A stretch of 39,115 bases of DNA from a virus (lineage: Duplodnaviria > Caudoviricetes), in the IMG/VR virus record IMGVR_UViG_3300017655_000254, positions 1 to 39,115 of that record; one strand, written 5' to 3'. The translations under genes and the position numbers were made by a program. The notes below the pieces were generated by a model. It was not told the origin of the DNA and made no database searches. It worked only from the letters and a program-made list of their open reading frames with translations. Of this stretch, positions 16,948 through 26,551 are shown one piece after another. Position 1 is the first letter of the stretch. Every line of letters begins with the position of its first letter.

Positions 16948-18980
16948 GCAAGGAAGCTCTCACGTTTGAACTACGATCTTTGATTCGTTCCCTCGCGTCA
17001 GGGATGCGCCCGCCGCCGAAGCTCACGATCTCGGAATGGGCCGACCGGGAGCGCCGTCTTTCGTCGGACACGTCCGCCGAGCCGGGCCGGTGGCGAACCT
17101 CGCGCTTTGAGCCGCTGCGCGGGATCATGGATAGCGTCACGGAGAACGAGCGAACGGTCGTCATGAAGGCCGCCCAGCTTGGCTTGACCGAAGTCGGCCT
17201 GAACACAGTCGGCTATTTCATGGAGCAAGATCCATCGTCGATCCTCTACGTCATGCCGAACGTGCAGCCGATGGGCCGCGACTTTTCAGTTGACCGGCTC
17301 GCGCCGATGATCCGCGACACGCCTTGCCTACGCGGAAAACTGTCGACCGACACCCGCGACACGACGAACACGCTGTTGAACAAAACCTTCATTGGCGGGA
17401 ACATCTCGATCACCGGCGCGAACGCTCCTTCTGGTCTTCGCTCGAAGCCGAAGCGCGTTGTCTTCTTTGACGAGGTCGACGGCTACCCGGTCAGCGCCGG
17501 GAACGAAGGCGACCCGGTGAATCTCGGGATCAAGCGGACGGCGAACTTTTGGAACCGGCGGATCGCCATGATTTCAACGCCGACAGTTAAAGGGCTGTCT
17601 CGGATCGAAATCGAGTTCGAGAAATCTGACAAGCGCTATTTCAACATCCGTTGCCCTCATTGTGACGAACTCCATGTTTTGCGGTGGCAAAACGTCACCT
17701 GGAAAGACGGCGATCCGAAGACGGCGAAGTTCCAGTGTCCCCATTGCGAGGGATACTACAACAACGCGCAGAAAAATGCGGCGGTGCGTAAAGGGCACTG
17801 GATAGCGACCGCTCCCTTCAAGGGGATCGCTGGCTTCCATATCAGCGAACTTTATTCATCCTGGCGAAGCATCTCGGAAATCGTCACTGACTTCCTGGCG
17901 GCGAAAGACAACCCAGAGCAGTTGCAGGTTTTCATCAACACCGTGCTTGGCGAGCTTTGGGTCGATGGCGGCGTCCCGCTCGATGCACACGCGCTCTTGA
18001 ACCGGTGCGAGCCCTACGAAAACGAGGTGCCCGACCGTTGCTTGATCTTGACGGCTGGGGTCGACACTCACCCCGACCGGTTGCAGGTCGAGGTTGTCGG
18101 ATGGGCGGGCGGTGAAGAGTCATGGAGCCTTTCTTACCATACGATCTACGGCGATCCCGAGATTCCAGAAGGCCAGCCAAAAAGCCCGTGGACATCATTG
18201 ACGGACTACCTTCGGCGCACCTGGCAGCATCCGATCTACGGCGACATGATCGTCGAATGGGCGTGCATTGACACCGGCGGCCAGAACACCCAGGCCGTTT
18301 ACGACTACGTTCGACGACACAAGGGCGACCGGTTCTTTGGGATCAAGGGGCGCGGCGGCGAAGGCGTGCCGATCATCGGAAAGCCAACCAGGGGCCGAAC
18401 CGGGAAAAAGGCCCGCGCATTGATTGACCTCTACACCGTAGGGACCGACCAGGCGAAGAACATCATTTACCGCCGGTTGCGAATCGAAGACCCCGGCCCC
18501 GGCTACTGTCACTTCCCGCAAGGAAGATCGCTAGAGTATTTCGAAGAACTCACCGTTGAAAAGATCGTGACGACGTACGTCAAAGGCTACCCGGTGCGCT
18601 CTTTCGTATGCCCGAAAGGGAAGCGAAACGAAGCTCTTGACTTGCGGGTTTACGCCTTCGCCGCTCTCACGCTGGCGGGCGTGCAATGGGATCGCCTTGC
18701 CTACCGGATGAAACAGCGATCCAGAAAGATCACCGCCGGGCCAGCAAAACCACGAACGAAGGCCGTCGAAGAAAAGAAGGAGCTTATGCAAGAGTCAGCC
18801 GAACAAGACAAGGAAGCCGATCTGTCGGCGGAGGAAACCGACGAAGAGGTCATCATCATCCACGGCGACGACGACCCGCCAAACGTCGCAGAAGATAAGG
18901 GCGCGGCCATCGGCCATGCTTTGAGGCGAAAACACCGCCGAAAGGGGCGGTTGAAGATCAGCCTCAAAAGCAAATGGTGA
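16944..18980 (+). CDS. Terminase large subunit (lambda gpA family)
   Basis: KAAQLGLTE, FFDEVDGY, ISTPT, CPHC twice, TAGVD, RNEALD. Confidence 0.96.
   Translation: MSKEALTFELRSLIRSLASGMRPPPKLTISEWADRERRLSSDTSAEPGRWRTSRFEPLRGIMDSVTENERTVVMKAAQLGLTEVGLNTVGYFMEQDPSSILYVMPNVQPMGRDFSVDRLAPMIRDTPCLRGKLSTDTRDTTNTLLNKTFIGGNISITGANAPSGLRSKPKRVVFFDEVDGYPVSAGNEGDPVNLGIKRTANFWNRRIAMISTPTVKGLSRIEIEFEKSDKRYFNIRCPHCDELHVLRWQNVTWKDGDPKTAKFQCPHCEGYYNNAQKNAAVRKGHWIATAPFKGIAGFHISELYSSWRSISEIVTDFLAAKDNPEQLQVFINTVLGELWVDGGVPLDAHALLNRCEPYENEVPDRCLILTAGVDTHPDRLQVEVVGWAGGEESWSLSYHTIYGDPEIPEGQPKSPWTSLTDYLRRTWQHPIYGDMIVEWACIDTGGQNTQAVYDYVRRHKGDRFFGIKGRGGEGVPIIGKPTRGRTGKKARALIDLYTVGTDQAKNIIYRRLRIEDPGPGYCHFPQGRSLEYFEELTVEKIVTTYVKGYPVRSFVCPKGKRNEALDLRVYAFAALTLAGVQWDRLAYRMKQRSRKITAGPAKPRTKAVEEKKELMQESAEQDKEADLSAEETDEEVIIIHGDDDPPNVAEDKGAAIGHALRRKHRRKGRLKISLKSKW
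18881..18920 (+). promoter_or_regulatory. Putative late promoter (CGCAGAAG motif)
   Basis: AAACGTCGCAGAAG-20 bp-CATGCT, inside the 3' end of the large terminase gene, upstream of adaptor and portal. Confidence 0.6.
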
Positions 18981-19495
18981 CCCCAACTGAAATTGTTTCC
19001 GGCGAAAACATACGGTTTGAATACCGGGACAATGGCTATTCATCTGTTTCCGTCATCCTTCGGGGAAGCGCAACGAAGACACTGACTCTCTTGCTGGCTT
19101 CGGGCCGATGGTCCATTGACGTAACCGAAACTGACAACTGGTCAGCCGGGCGTTGCTATTTCGAAGCCTGGGCGACCCTTCCCGCTGGCGGCAAGAAGCT
19201 TCTGGAACGCGCCCGGTTCAATGTCGTCGGCTCCATTGAATCAGCCGAAAGCGGGCAAGACCTCCGGTCAATCGCGGCCAGGAACGTCGAAAACCTTGAA
19301 GCCTACCTTGGTAGCATTGGCAATCCCGACTCTGACCAAAGCGTCAAACGCTACCGCATCAACAACCGTGAGCTCGAAAACTATTCGATCAACGAAATCT
19401 TGAAATTGCTGGACTTCTGGAAAAGCCGCCTTGCCAGCGAAGAACGGGAAGCGCTCGGCTTGCCGAAGCGTAGCAGCATCAAATTTTACGTATGA
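18974..19495 (+). CDS. Head-tail adaptor (gpW-like C-terminus)
   Basis: Lies between terminase and portal; YRINNRELENYSINEILKLLDFWK resembles the gpW-like pattern. Confidence 0.65.
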   Translation: MVTPTEIVSGENIRFEYRDNGYSSVSVILRGSATKTLTLLLASGRWSIDVTETDNWSAGRCYFEAWATLPAGGKKLLERARFNVVGSIESAESGQDLRSIAARNVENLEAYLGSIGNPDSDQSVKRYRINNRELENYSINEILKLLDFWKSRLASEEREALGLPKRSSIKFYV

Positions 19496-21000
19496 ATTTC
19501 CTTTCGTTCTTCAAACGGGCGCAGCCCGAAAAAGGCCCGGCCAAGGAATCCCGCGACCGGAAGCGCCCCGTCAGCTTGAGAAGCCTTCTGGGCGCGGCCC
19601 GAACTGGTCGCCTTGAAAGCTCATGGGATACCAACCCGGTTACGGCTGATGCCTATATCTTCCAGCATTGGAAAACGCTTGTGGCGCGGGCGCGGAACGG
19701 GTGCGAAAGCTACGACCACGGCAGGAAGTACCTCCAACTTGTCAGGGACAACGTCGTCGGCGAAGGCTTTGTGTTGTCGTCGACCCCCCGCGACTTTGAC
19801 GGGAAGAAGGACAAGGTTGCAGAAAACGCTATCGAAAGGGCGTTCAAAAAATGGAGCCGGAAGAAGAACTTTGACTACACCGGCGCGAACTGCCGCGCCG
19901 ACTTCGAGCGCCTTGTCGCCGCTTCAATAGCCAAGGATGGCGAGGTGATTATCTTGAAGCATTACGGCAAGTCTGCCGGGCCTTGGGGCTTTAGCGTTGA
20001 GCTTATCGACCCGTTCCTTCTCGATCCCACCCATTATGAAAAGCTTCCGAACGGCAACATTGTCCGGCACGGAATCGAATTCGGCCCCGATGGAGGCCGC
20101 CCGCTCGCTTACTGGTTCATCGAGCAACAGGAATGGCAGGTAGGCTATACCTACACGAAAGAGCGGAAGAGGATCGAGGCAAAGAACGTCATTCACTGGT
20201 TCATGACGGAAATGCCGGGACAGAAACGGGGACTCCCTTGGACCCGCACCGCTCTTTGGAGGATGCGAATGGCATCCGGCTTCGAGGATGCCGCCCTTAC
20301 AAATGCGCGTGTTTCGGCTGGCAAGATGGGCTTCTTCAAGGGCGGCGACGATGACATTGAAGACTTGGAAATCGACGCGGAGCCGGGGACGTTCGAGGAC
20401 ATTGGCGACCGGGAGTTGCAGGAATGGAACCCGCAGTTTCCTAACGGGGAGACGGAACCCTTTCTTCGCGCAATGCACCGATCAATCGCTGCGAGCCTCC
20501 ATGTCAGCTATCACAATCTTTCCGGCGACCTGACCAGCGTCAACTTTTCGAGCATCCGCCAGGGGGCGCTCGACGAGCGCGGAACGTGGCGAGCCCTTCA
20601 AAACAGCATGATCGAAAACGTCGTCGTTCCGATCTTTGAAGACTGGCTTGAGTATTCGCTTTTGAAGGGGGCGATCACGCTCCCCAACGGGCGAGCCTTG
20701 CCATTTGAGAAGATCGACAAGTTTCAAGAGTGCAGCTTTACCGGCAAGCGTTGGGCGTGGATCGACCCCCGGTCGGAGGCCGCCGCCGCACAAATCTTGA
20801 TCGACCAGAAAATTCGATCCCGGTCCGAAGTCATCAGGGAACTCACCAACCGCGACCCTTCCGAAACCTGGGAAGAGATCGCCGCCGAGAACCTGGAGAT
20901 TGAAGGGCTGGGTCTGATTATCCCGCGACCAGCGGGCCAGAAGCCGGAACCCGAAGGCAAGGAAAGCAAAGATGAAAACTCCGCAGAAGATGAAGAATAA
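19492..21000 (+). CDS. Portal protein, lambda family
   Basis: NVVGEG, DGEV, PGQKRGLP, LSGDLTSVNFSSIR, WIDP. Confidence 0.95.
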   Translation: MNFLSFFKRAQPEKGPAKESRDRKRPVSLRSLLGAARTGRLESSWDTNPVTADAYIFQHWKTLVARARNGCESYDHGRKYLQLVRDNVVGEGFVLSSTPRDFDGKKDKVAENAIERAFKKWSRKKNFDYTGANCRADFERLVAASIAKDGEVIILKHYGKSAGPWGFSVELIDPFLLDPTHYEKLPNGNIVRHGIEFGPDGGRPLAYWFIEQQEWQVGYTYTKERKRIEAKNVIHWFMTEMPGQKRGLPWTRTALWRMRMASGFEDAALTNARVSAGKMGFFKGGDDDIEDLEIDAEPGTFEDIGDRELQEWNPQFPNGETEPFLRAMHRSIAASLHVSYHNLSGDLTSVNFSSIRQGALDERGTWRALQNSMIENVVVPIFEDWLEYSLLKGAITLPNGRALPFEKIDKFQECSFTGKRWAWIDPRSEAAAAQILIDQKIRSRSEVIRELTNRDPSETWEEIAAENLEIEGLGLIIPRPAGQKPEPEGKESKDENSAEDEE

Positions 21001-21015
21001 AGGAATGTCTATGCT
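20976..21015 (+). promoter_or_regulatory. Putative late promoter for the capsid gene
   Basis: AAACTCCGCAGAAG-20 bp-TATGCT, 7 nt before ATG 21023. Confidence 0.65.
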
Positions 21016-21022
21016 GGCGAAT

Positions 21023-23008
21023 ATGGCAAACGGCCCTGTTCCATTCTATCGCACGCGAGACCAGCAAGCCCCGGCAATCTTTGGTCGTCGGGATGCTACC
21101 TTCCTGCTCGACACCGTCGATGAAGAGAACCGGACGATTGAGCTTTCCTTTTCGTCCGATGCAGAGATTGAAATCTATCCGGGCTGCATCGAAATCCTGT
21201 CTCATGAAGACGGAGCTTGTGACCTTAGCCGCATGGAAGCGGGCGCAAATGCGTTGTTCAATCATGATCGGGATAAACCCATCGGCGTCGTTGAGAAGGC
21301 ATGGATCGCCTCCGCCGCCGGTGGGGGACGAAAGGGCCGCGCCTTGGTCCGCTTCGGAACAAGCAACTTCGCCGAAGAAATCTGGAAAGACGTAAAGTCG
21401 GGCGTCTTGCGCAACACGTCGGTTGGTTACCGCGTGCTGAAATACAAGCTTTTCGAAGAAAGGGAGGGCGTTGATGTCTACATCGTTACCCTTTGGCAAC
21501 CGACTGAACTTTCTATTGTCACCGTCCCGGCTGACATTTCAACCGGCGTTGGCCGAGATGATAACAACCAAGAAAAAAACATGAATCCGCGTTACGCAAA
21601 ACTCTACACTCCGCGCCAGTTTTTTGAACCCGACAAGGGCGACAATCCCCAAGGGGGTACGTCACCAAAGGGAACCGATGCCCCGCCTTCGCCGACGAAG
21701 GTGAACGTCGTGGAAGAACGGCAACAGGCCGCAACCGCTGAACGTCAGCGCGTGTCAGCCATTCTCGAAGCTTGTCGGCGTTACGAGGCACCGGAGATCG
21801 CAGAGCGCGCCATCTCCGAAGGGCTCGACATTCACGCGGTGCGGGAGTCGCTTCTTGAGCACGTGGAAAAGCGGAACGCAAACATCGTGCAGGGCTCGAA
21901 GCCCATCGGCATGAGCGAACGGGAAGTCAAAAGCTTTTCGTTCGTCAACCTGATCCGTGCGATTACCTACCCGACCGAACGGTCGTTCCAGGAAGACGCC
22001 GCCGCCGAACTCCGCGCTTGCGAGGCCGCCGCGAATCAGATGACGCACCGGGCAGCCAAGGGAATCATGGTTCCGATTGACGTCCTTTCCGCGCCGATCA
22101 GCCGGGGCGCTCGCGCCGACATCATCAGCGTCATGGAGAGCGCTGGTTACACTGGTACCGGCGGCGCGACCATCGAAACGAAACTCCTGGCGTCGAGCTT
22201 CATCGACCTGCTTCGGAATCGTTGCGTGTTCATGTCGCTTTGCACCCAGCTTTCCGGGCTTGTCGGTCAGATCGACATTCCGAAGCAGACCAGCGGCGCA
22301 AACGCTGGCTGGATCGGGGAAGACGATGAAGCGCCGGACACCGACGTTGATTTCGGTCTGGTTCAGCTTCGTCCGAAGACCGTGGCCGCGCACGCGCAGA
22401 TTACCCGGAAGATGCTCATGCAACCGGCGATCAGCGTTGAGGCGCTTGTCCGGCTCGACATCGCCCGCGCACTCGCCCAGGCAATCGACACCGCCGGTTT
22501 CTACGCCGATGGCCTGAACGACAAGCCGACCGGCTTGCTGCATACGGACGGCATCAATACCGTTCCGTTCGCAGACGACAATCCGACCTACAAGGAACTT
22601 GTCGAAATGGAGACCCGGATTGCTTCGGACAACGCCGACGTCGCGAGTATGAAGTACGTCGCAAACGCGATCTTCCGGGGCTACGCCAAGACAGAGCTCA
22701 AATTCACCGGCGTCGCGGGAACCATCTGGGAGCCTGGCAACACGGTCAACGGCTACGGTGCGGAGATCACCAACCAGGTTACCACGGGCGATATTTTCTT
22801 CGGCAACTGGGCTGACATGCTCATTGGCATGTGGGGCGGCCTCGAACTCGCCTCCGATCCCTACACGCAATCGCGCCGGGGCCGCATCCGATTGACGGCC
22901 TTTCAGGACGTCGACCTCGCAGTTCGCCGCCCTGAATCCTTCTGCTACGGCGTCAAGGATGACGAGGGCGAAGGCGGCGGTGACGAAGGAGGCGGCGGAA
23001 CCGAGTAA
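21023..23008 (+). CDS. HK97-type prohead protease fused to major capsid protein
   Basis: Protease motifs LFNHD, SVGY, ELSIVTVPAD; scaffold-like region; HK97-fold capsid motifs IPKQ, WIGE, PKTVAA, FGNW, RRPESF. Start chosen from the promoter position; the frame is open from 20972. Confidence 0.93.
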   Translation: MANGPVPFYRTRDQQAPAIFGRRDATFLLDTVDEENRTIELSFSSDAEIEIYPGCIEILSHEDGACDLSRMEAGANALFNHDRDKPIGVVEKAWIASAAGGGRKGRALVRFGTSNFAEEIWKDVKSGVLRNTSVGYRVLKYKLFEEREGVDVYIVTLWQPTELSIVTVPADISTGVGRDDNNQEKNMNPRYAKLYTPRQFFEPDKGDNPQGGTSPKGTDAPPSPTKVNVVEERQQAATAERQRVSAILEACRRYEAPEIAERAISEGLDIHAVRESLLEHVEKRNANIVQGSKPIGMSEREVKSFSFVNLIRAITYPTERSFQEDAAAELRACEAAANQMTHRAAKGIMVPIDVLSAPISRGARADIISVMESAGYTGTGGATIETKLLASSFIDLLRNRCVFMSLCTQLSGLVGQIDIPKQTSGANAGWIGEDDEAPDTDVDFGLVQLRPKTVAAHAQITRKMLMQPAISVEALVRLDIARALAQAIDTAGFYADGLNDKPTGLLHTDGINTVPFADDNPTYKELVEMETRIASDNADVASMKYVANAIFRGYAKTELKFTGVAGTIWEPGNTVNGYGAEITNQVTTGDIFFGNWADMLIGMWGGLELASDPYTQSRRGRIRLTAFQDVDLAVRRPESFCYGVKDDEGEGGGDEGGGGTE

Positions 23009-23074
23009 AGCTTTCGGAGCCAGGATAGGCAAGAGGTAGCCAAAGGATTGGCTTGTAGGCATGGAAGCAAAAAG

Positions 23075-23112
23075 GGGCCGCCTGGGAAATCTTTCCAGGC
23101 GGCCCTATTTTT
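23075..23112 (+). terminator. Rho-independent terminator after the capsid gene
   Basis: GGGCCGCCTGG-gaaatcttt-CCAGGCGGCCC followed by TATTTTT. Confidence 0.85.
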
Positions 23113-23122
23113 AGAAAAGATT

Positions 23123-23314
23123 ATGTATATTCAAATTCGGATTCTGAAACCCGTCTTGCTTGGCGGTCGTCGAATCGGGGCTGGCAAGGCGGTGCGAGTG
23201 ACGAAGGCGGTTGGCCTGTCTCTTATCGCCCGCGAGATTGCCATCCCTTATGTCCCTGCGAAGCAGGGGCGGTCAAAGGCGGTGAAATCAAAAGGAGGGA
23301 GCGGTGAGGAATGA
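23123..23314 (+). CDS. Small basic head-associated hypothetical protein
   Basis: ATG 23123; typical post-capsid position; ATGA-coupled to the endolysin. Confidence 0.6.
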   Translation: MYIQIRILKPVLLGGRRIGAGKAVRVTKAVGLSLIAREIAIPYVPAKQGRSKAVKSKGGSGEE

Positions 23315-24021
23315 AAGCCAACATCAGGACCATTCAAGCCACGCTGAACGTTGCGGTCGACGGGATCGCGGGGCCGATTACCTGGGCGGCAATCCAGCAA
23401 CGGTTGTTGGGCGAGATCGCCAGCAGCACGGTTGCACTTGCCATCAAGGCCGTGCAGAAGAAAATCGGGGTCTCCGTCGATGGCATTGCCGGTCCGGTGA
23501 CGTGGGGTCGTCTTGTTGACCTGATCGCGCCTCCATCTCCGCACGCATCAGCGACCGACCGCGTCGACGATCGGTCAGAGGGGAATATCGCCACCCTTCT
23601 GCCGGAGGTTCGCCCTTACGCCAGGTCGCTCGTCAAGGAAGCCGAGAAGGTCGGGATCACGATCAAGGTGATCGGCGGAACGCGAACCTATGCTGAACAG
23701 AACGCGCTCTACGCAAAGGGGCGCACCGCCCCCGGCAGCGTCGTGACCAACGCGCGCGGCGGGTATAGCAACCACAACTTCGGAATCGCCTTTGACATCG
23801 GCGTGTTCGAGGGTGCGGCCTATATCACGAGCGGGCGTCAATATGCTGCTGTCGGAGCGCTCGGGCGAGCCATTGGCCTTGAGTGGGGCGGCGACTGGAA
23901 GTCGTTCAAAGACGAGCCGCATTTTCAGCTTCGCCCCCGCTGGGCGGCTGGCTGGTCAGAATCTGCAATGCTGGCGGAATTGCGGCGTCGAAATGAAGTG
24001 AAGCAGCCGGTCTTTTCCTGA
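23311..24021 (+). CDS. Endolysin: peptidoglycan-binding repeats plus M15 (L-Ala-D-Glu type) peptidase
   Basis: VDGIAGPITW and VDGIAGPVTW repeats; RTYAEQNALYAKGRT, SNHNFGIAFD, WGGDW, DEPHFQ. Confidence 0.92.
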   Translation: MKANIRTIQATLNVAVDGIAGPITWAAIQQRLLGEIASSTVALAIKAVQKKIGVSVDGIAGPVTWGRLVDLIAPPSPHASATDRVDDRSEGNIATLLPEVRPYARSLVKEAEKVGITIKVIGGTRTYAEQNALYAKGRTAPGSVVTNARGGYSNHNFGIAFDIGVFEGAAYITSGRQYAAVGALGRAIGLEWGGDWKSFKDEPHFQLRPRWAAGWSESAMLAELRRRNEVKQPVFS

Positions 24022-24353
24022 TGTTTGGCGAACGCTCATTCTTTACCGCTGGGAGGTTTTCAAGCGTCTTCACGTTCAAGCTTCCAGGCGGCGACCTATC
24101 GTTGAAGGGCAACTTCGACAATGCGTTCTATTCGGCTGACCTCGGGGAGAGCGAGCTTGAGTCAAGCAAGCCTAGAGCGATGTTTCGATTCGATGAAGTC
24201 GAATCCATTCCGCGCGGAACGCTTGCGATCCACCAAGGGGCGCTTTACTCTGTCATCAGGATCGAGCCTGACGGAACCGGGTTCGCTACCGTTGTCTTCG
24301 CCCATGAAGTTGAAGAGGAAGACGACGACGAAGACGAGGAAGAAGAGGAATGA
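24021..24353 (+). CDS. Head-tail joining protein (gpFII-like)
   Basis: GNFDNAF and YSVIRIEPDGTG patterns; position. Confidence 0.65.
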   Translation: MFGERSFFTAGRFSSVFTFKLPGGDLSLKGNFDNAFYSADLGESELESSKPRAMFRFDEVESIPRGTLAIHQGALYSVIRIEPDGTGFATVVFAHEVEEEDDDEDEEEEE

Positions 24354-24892
24354 GCGTCTGGGTAAATAAAGATCGCAAGGGCATCAGCCTCAAGATTACC
24401 GACGCCGGTTTCGTAGACCTGGCTGTCGCTCTCGACGCTACGCCGGAACAGATCGACAAGGCCGCCAAGATCGCGGTTTCAAACGTCACCCGATGGGCGC
24501 ATCGGCGGGTTGCATCTTTGCTTTCGAGCGTCGCGAAGTTTCCGCAAGACGCTATCCTTCGACGGACGAAGACCAGTATTCAGACAGGTTACAAAAAAGG
24601 CGCTTACGGTAGCGTTTGGATTGGCCTGTTCCCTATGTCGGTCGCTTGGCTGAATCCTGTTCAAACACCGACCGGCGTTCAAGCGGGGGGGCGATTCTTT
24701 CGAAGCGCCTTCATTGTCGACTCGCTTCATGGCAATGTCTTTAAGCGACGCACCGCCAGCCGGTTGCCCATCGATAAGCAGAAGATCGAGTTCAAGGATT
24801 CGCTCGACCCTATCTTCGAGCAAGTCAGCAAAGAGGCTGCTGAACGCTTCAAAAAGGAACTCTCCCAACAACTGAAATGGCTGACGAACTAA
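24350..24892 (+). CDS. Minor tail / neck protein (lambda gpZ-like)
   Basis: Basic protein with SAFI, VFKR and RLPI motifs; position. Confidence 0.7.
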   Translation: MSVWVNKDRKGISLKITDAGFVDLAVALDATPEQIDKAAKIAVSNVTRWAHRRVASLLSSVAKFPQDAILRRTKTSIQTGYKKGAYGSVWIGLFPMSVAWLNPVQTPTGVQAGGRFFRSAFIVDSLHGNVFKRRTASRLPIDKQKIEFKDSLDPIFEQVSKEAAERFKKELSQQLKWLTN

Positions 24893-25413
24893 ATTTAGAA
24901 TCGCTGTTTGCGGAAATGGTCGCGAGGATCAAGGCGAAGTTTGCCGGATTGAAAACGGTCGAAGAGTTCGCTCTCTTGCAAGACCGTGCCATCGCCTTGC
25001 CCGCCGTCGCTATTGATCTGAACGCCATTGACGAAACAGAGGATGAACCAGGCACGGAACAGTTTTCTTGCCGGTTGACTTTCTCCGCTTACTGCATTGT
25101 TTCCTACAAGGTCAAGGATGGAAGGAAGCCGAAGGTCCGTGCGATGTCGATTGCGACTTCGCTCATTTCATTCATCAAAAACGAAACCTGGGGACACCCG
25201 GTCAGCCTTGCGAAAAGGCTATCGGCCTATCCTGACAACTTCGCGCCCGGCGACCTTAGCAAAGAGGTCTGGCGGGTGGATTGGGAACACAGCGCCCTTA
25301 TGGGGAATAGCGTCTGGACCGATGACGGGGAGCCGCCGACGCGGGTTTTCCTTGGCATCTCGCCGTTGATCGGGCCGGAACACGAAGAGCACTACCGGGA
25401 AATCAAGCCATGA
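24877..25413 (+). CDS. Tail terminator / completion protein
   Basis: LPAVAIDL and WRVDWEH...G.SVW; directly precedes the baseplate spike. Confidence 0.6.
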   Translation: MADELNLESLFAEMVARIKAKFAGLKTVEEFALLQDRAIALPAVAIDLNAIDETEDEPGTEQFSCRLTFSAYCIVSYKVKDGRKPKVRAMSIATSLISFIKNETWGHPVSLAKRLSAYPDNFAPGDLSKEVWRVDWEHSALMGNSVWTDDGEPPTRVFLGISPLIGPEHEEHYREIKP

Positions 25414-26165
25414 TCGCGGAACGCATCGGAGAACTTGAGCGGCGACTAGGGAACATAGTCCGGCCCGGCAAGGTGGTCGAGGCCGACTACCCGAAGGCGC
25501 GGGTTAAGGTTCAGATTGGCGCGAACGTAACCGCCTGGCTTCCTTGGATAACATCCCGCGCTGGCGGTGACCAGTCATGGCACGCGCCGGAGGTCGGTGA
25601 GCAGGTCGTCGTCATTTCTCCGGTGGGAGAGTTTTCGACGGGCTACGTCTTGCCGGGCGTCTATCAGAACGACTACCCGGCCCCGGCTGATGCGGAGACC
25701 GTCAGCCGGATCAAGTATGCTGACGGCGCGGTCATCGAGTACAACCGCGCGGATCACGTGTTAAGCGCCAATCTGACCGACGACGGAAAGGCCGTTGTCA
25801 TCACTGGCGACAATACCAGCGAACAGACAAAGGACCGCACGCTCTTGAAGTTGGGAGAATCGGCGAGCATTGAAATGACTGCCGACACAATCGCCGCAAA
25901 GCTGGGCGATGCCGCAAGCGTGGAACTGACCGAAACAGCGGTCACGGCGAAGTTGGGCGCGTCGGCAAGCGTCGACATCACTGGAAGCGCCATCACGCTA
26001 AAGCTGGGCGGCACGACCTTTGAAATCGGGGCGGGCGGGATCACGGCGAACCAGACGATCACCGTCACCGGCGGCGACGTGGTGGCAGATACGACCAGCC
26101 TTCGGACGCACGTTCACGGCGGGGTTGAATCTGGATCATCGGTTTCAGGTCCACCGGTCACCTAA
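25410..26165 (+). CDS. Baseplate spike protein (P2 gpV-like)
   Basis: TAWLPW..RAG, PEVGEQV, DGAVIEY, C-terminal HVHGGV metal-binding tip. Confidence 0.93.
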   Translation: MIAERIGELERRLGNIVRPGKVVEADYPKARVKVQIGANVTAWLPWITSRAGGDQSWHAPEVGEQVVVISPVGEFSTGYVLPGVYQNDYPAPADAETVSRIKYADGAVIEYNRADHVLSANLTDDGKAVVITGDNTSEQTKDRTLLKLGESASIEMTADTIAAKLGDAASVELTETAVTAKLGASASVDITGSAITLKLGGTTFEIGAGGITANQTITVTGGDVVADTTSLRTHVHGGVESGSSVSGPPVT

Positions 26166-26204
26166 AACATCGCAGAAGATAGCAGGGAAAGGGTTGGGTA
26201 CGCT
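26165..26204 (+). promoter_or_regulatory. Putative late promoter
   Basis: AAACATCGCAGAAG-20 bp-TACGCT, 8 nt before ATG 26213. Confidence 0.65.
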
Positions 26205-26212
26205 TTGAGGAA

Positions 26213-26551
26213 ATGCGCGGCGTTGACTCTACCACCGGAAAGCACTTGGCGGGCATTGCTCACCTACGGCAATCCATTCGCGACATTCTGACGACCCCCG
26301 TCGGATCGCGGGTTATGCGTCGCGATTACGGGTCGCGCCTGTTTGAGCTCGTCGATGCGCCGACCAACCGGGAAACGCTCCTCAACATCTACTACGCAAC
26401 GGCAGAAGCCCTTATGCGATGGGAGCCCCGCCTTGCCATTGAGAGCGTGACCGCATCCTCTCTTGAGGCTGGCCGGGTAGAATTGACGATGCGGGGGATT
26501 TACCTTCCCACAGGCGAGCCGGTCGCTATCGACGGAATTGTTGTGCAATGA
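26213..26551 (+). CDS. Baseplate wedge protein (P2 gpW / T4 gp25-like)
   Basis: HLRQSIRDILTTPVGSRVMRRDYGS, WEPR. Confidence 0.95.
   Translation: MRGVDSTTGKHLAGIAHLRQSIRDILTTPVGSRVMRRDYGSRLFELVDAPTNRETLLNIYYATAEALMRWEPRLAIESVTASSLEAGRVELTMRGIYLPTGEPVAIDGIVVQ

Noticed and set aside
21755-23062. Long antisense ORFs (also 4693-5724, 6833-7732, 14463-15413, 33018-33800)
   Set aside because: They are shadows of well-supported + strand genes in GC-rich DNA and show no recognisable motifs.
24300-24353. Recurrent acidic C-terminal tails on many proteins
   Set aside because: Largely explained by purine-rich GAGGAA ribosome-binding sequence overlapping the next gene's start.
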